A model generated the notes under the pieces. The model was not told the DNA's origin. It was given only the letters and a program-made list of their open reading frames with translations, and did not search any database. Shown one piece after another: positions 62,520 through 64,000 of a DNA stretch of 64,000 nucleotides; within the stretch, counting starts at the first letter, position 1; each line of letters opens with the position of its first letter. The translations under genes and the position numbers were made by a program. Origin of the DNA: an uncultured delta proteobacterium (GTDB taxonomy: Bacteria; Desulfobacterota; Desulfuromonadia; Geobacterales; Pseudopelobacteraceae); contig CAVYYZ010000024.1 of assembly GCA_963772835.1 (NCBI GenBank), positions 194,853 to 258,852 of the forward strand. The letters run 5' to 3'.

Positions 62520-62805
62520 TGTCGTCTCCTTCTAGGTAACGGATGACATCAGCGTTGAAGTCTACAACAAGCTGCGCCATGCTGATAAAGGCATATGGTT
62601 TTTCAATGCCTGCAAAGTGTCGATGGTCTCCTTTACCGCGTTCGTTGTCGTACCCTATAACTCTGACACCGTTTACAATGTAGACGGCTGAGTATTTAAG
62701 TCCGTGCGGTGTGTGCTCGGTAACGGGGACGATCCAAGCTTTCAGCTCCGTTATGTGGCCGACTTCATTCCGCTCTTTTCGGTGTGCAAGTAACTTTGCT
62801 TTCAT
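62503..62805 (-). CDS. DUF6516 family putative toxin (TumE-like)
   Basis: W.VP....PHG.KYS...G.RVIGYDNERGKGDHRH...Y.F...L..DF; two TTGG-N9-CCAA palindromes upstream. Confidence 0.78.
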   Translation of the reverse strand: MKAKLLAHRKERNEVGHITELKAWIVPVTEHTPHGLKYSAVYIVNGVRVIGYDNERGKGDHRHFAGIEKPYAFISMAQLVVDFNADVIRYLEGDDNESDF

Positions 62806-62932
62806 AGTTGGCATGTTAGACCAAATCATTCATGGCGTCAAGATTTAGTTGGTGCAAAAAACCAATTCATTGACCATATTCAATCTCATTCTGTCTCTCT
62901 AACGTTTTCTGGAAATGGTGTATTGCTTGAAT

Positions 62933-63655
62933 TTAGTTGAGAATTTTATCTTTTATCTTGTTGTACTCGTCCTCTGAAATGCTTCCATTGTCCAACAGTT
63001 GTTTCGCCTCTTTGATTTTTTCCAAAGAGACATTGCCAGGTAATGCATATTTAGTTGGCACTAACGCATCAGCGTCAGATAGATCCATCCCGCCTACCAA
63101 TGCCATGATGAAGCCAATTATTGTTCCAAACCCACCAAGTTGTAACTTAAATCCTATATCCGATAGGGTCATTTTTCCAAATCCAGTATCAATGCCACTA
63201 TTTACTTTCCAAAACTTAAAAGCTAAAAATCCTATGCCTACTAATGACGACACTATTATTATTGGTTTCGCTTTACTTAGCATTTTTATGTTACTGAAGT
63301 ACAAATATGTGCCTAAAACTATCATTGCAGCTATGAAAACTACCCAAAATTCACCACCGATGTCAGCGCCAGATATTGATTTTGTTTGACCGACACAAGA
63401 TACCTCCATCCAAGGTAGAAAAAAACATAGTAGCGCAAGGCCTGCACCTGAAGGACTTATGAAACTCAATAGTGGGCTTTGCATTTTTTTCATTATTTTT
63501 ATAACCACATAGCCAATAAGCAGAATAACGCAAATTGGACCAATTATGTCCTGCTCAAAAGATGATCTCTGATTTTCTCCGGCATTTGCGATACTAATAC
63601 TTTGAGTCATCATCAAAACCATAAACAATAAAATACTACTCGCCTTTGCTCTCAT
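62933..63655 (-). CDS. Membrane protein with C-terminal SHOCT domain (cassette ORF)
   Basis: Several TM segments, FFLPW..VSC motif, and C-terminal LEKIKEAKQLLDNGSISEDEYNKIKDKIL. Confidence 0.75.
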   Translation of the reverse strand: MRAKASSILLFMVLMMTQSISIANAGENQRSSFEQDIIGPICVILLIGYVVIKIMKKMQSPLLSFISPSGAGLALLCFFLPWMEVSCVGQTKSISGADIGGEFWVVFIAAMIVLGTYLYFSNIKMLSKAKPIIIVSSLVGIGFLAFKFWKVNSGIDTGFGKMTLSDIGFKLQLGGFGTIIGFIMALVGGMDLSDADALVPTKYALPGNVSLEKIKEAKQLLDNGSISEDEYNKIKDKILN

Positions 63656-63720
63656 TTTATTCTCCCAATTTTCGACTCCGCGCCTCACCGTCAAACAGAA
63701 ATAAGGAGTCTTACTTTTCT

Positions 63721-63778
63721 GTTCAACGGCTCGGCAGAACAGCGGCGGTTTTTGGCCGCTGCTTCTGTCTGGTTATAT
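63721..63778 (-). other. attC site E
   Basis: Minus strand: ATATAAC-CAGAC-AGAAGCAGCGG...CCGCTGTTCT-GCCGAGCC-GTTGAAC; the upstream gene's TAA lies inside R''. Confidence 0.82.
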
Positions 63779-64000
63779 GCGCCTGTATTCCATGTATTCA
63801 GCCGTATGTTGGGCGGTTTCTTTGCCATAAAGCATTTCTATTACGTACAAACTCATATCTATCCCTGCACTAATCCCTGCAGCTGTGATTACTTTACCGT
63901 TATCCACAAAACGTACATCTCGGACAATTTCAGTGTCTGGTGCAATTTCGCCAAGTAATTCAAATGCACTATGGTGAGTAGTGGATTTTAGCCCGTCCAG
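63773..64000 (-). CDS. DJ-1/PfpI family protein, C-terminal part (5' end outside the window; absent from the ORF track)
   Basis: Manual translation: LDGLKSTTHH...RFVDNGKVITAAGISAGIDMSLYVIE...AEYMEYRRI*. Confidence 0.85.
   Translation of the reverse strand: MDGLKSTTHHSAFELLGEIAPDTEIVRDVRFVDNGKVITAAGISAGIDMSLYVIEMLYGKETAQHTAEYMEYRRI

Noticed and set aside
53594..63778. Recurrent palindromes as a CRISPR array or simple terminators
   Set aside because: Spacing is gene-sized and irregular, there are no cas genes, and the AAC/GTT cores with a bulged L box fit attC.

Overview
Bacterial chromosomal DNA, probably from a Geobacteraceae/Desulfuromonadia-like anaerobe; this is inferred from gene content (mqnD, MXAN_5187-like and DUF748 proteins, panP) and was not checked by a search. 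About 1-33.4 kb and 40-52.8 kb are core or near-core genes: tamB, a CHASE2 adenylate cyclase operon, mtnP, moeA, nfo, uvrA, panP, a siaABCD-like operon, a formate-dehydrogenase/AsrAB-like redox operon, glmU, mfd, an orphan nuoM/nuoN pair, mqnD and dtd. There are two accessory regions. (1) 33.4-39.9 kb is a Type III restriction-modification island. A HUH/Y1 (RAYT-like) transposase flanked by ~175-bp REP-containing direct repeats sits between mod and res, and an atypical HicA/large HicB-like pair lies upstream. (2) 52.8-64 kb is an AT-richer, minus-strand integron-type cassette array. It has five recognisable attC sites, six toxin-antitoxin pairs, orphan ORFs, an IS3 element and a chloroplast-like group IIB intron. 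The intron lies exactly inside an attC core (GTT^AGC), in the cassette-sense orientation, and its predicted EBS1 is complementary to the attC sequence. No integrase, tRNA, rRNA or CRISPR array was seen. Several frameshifts in otherwise intact genes look like assembly indel errors.
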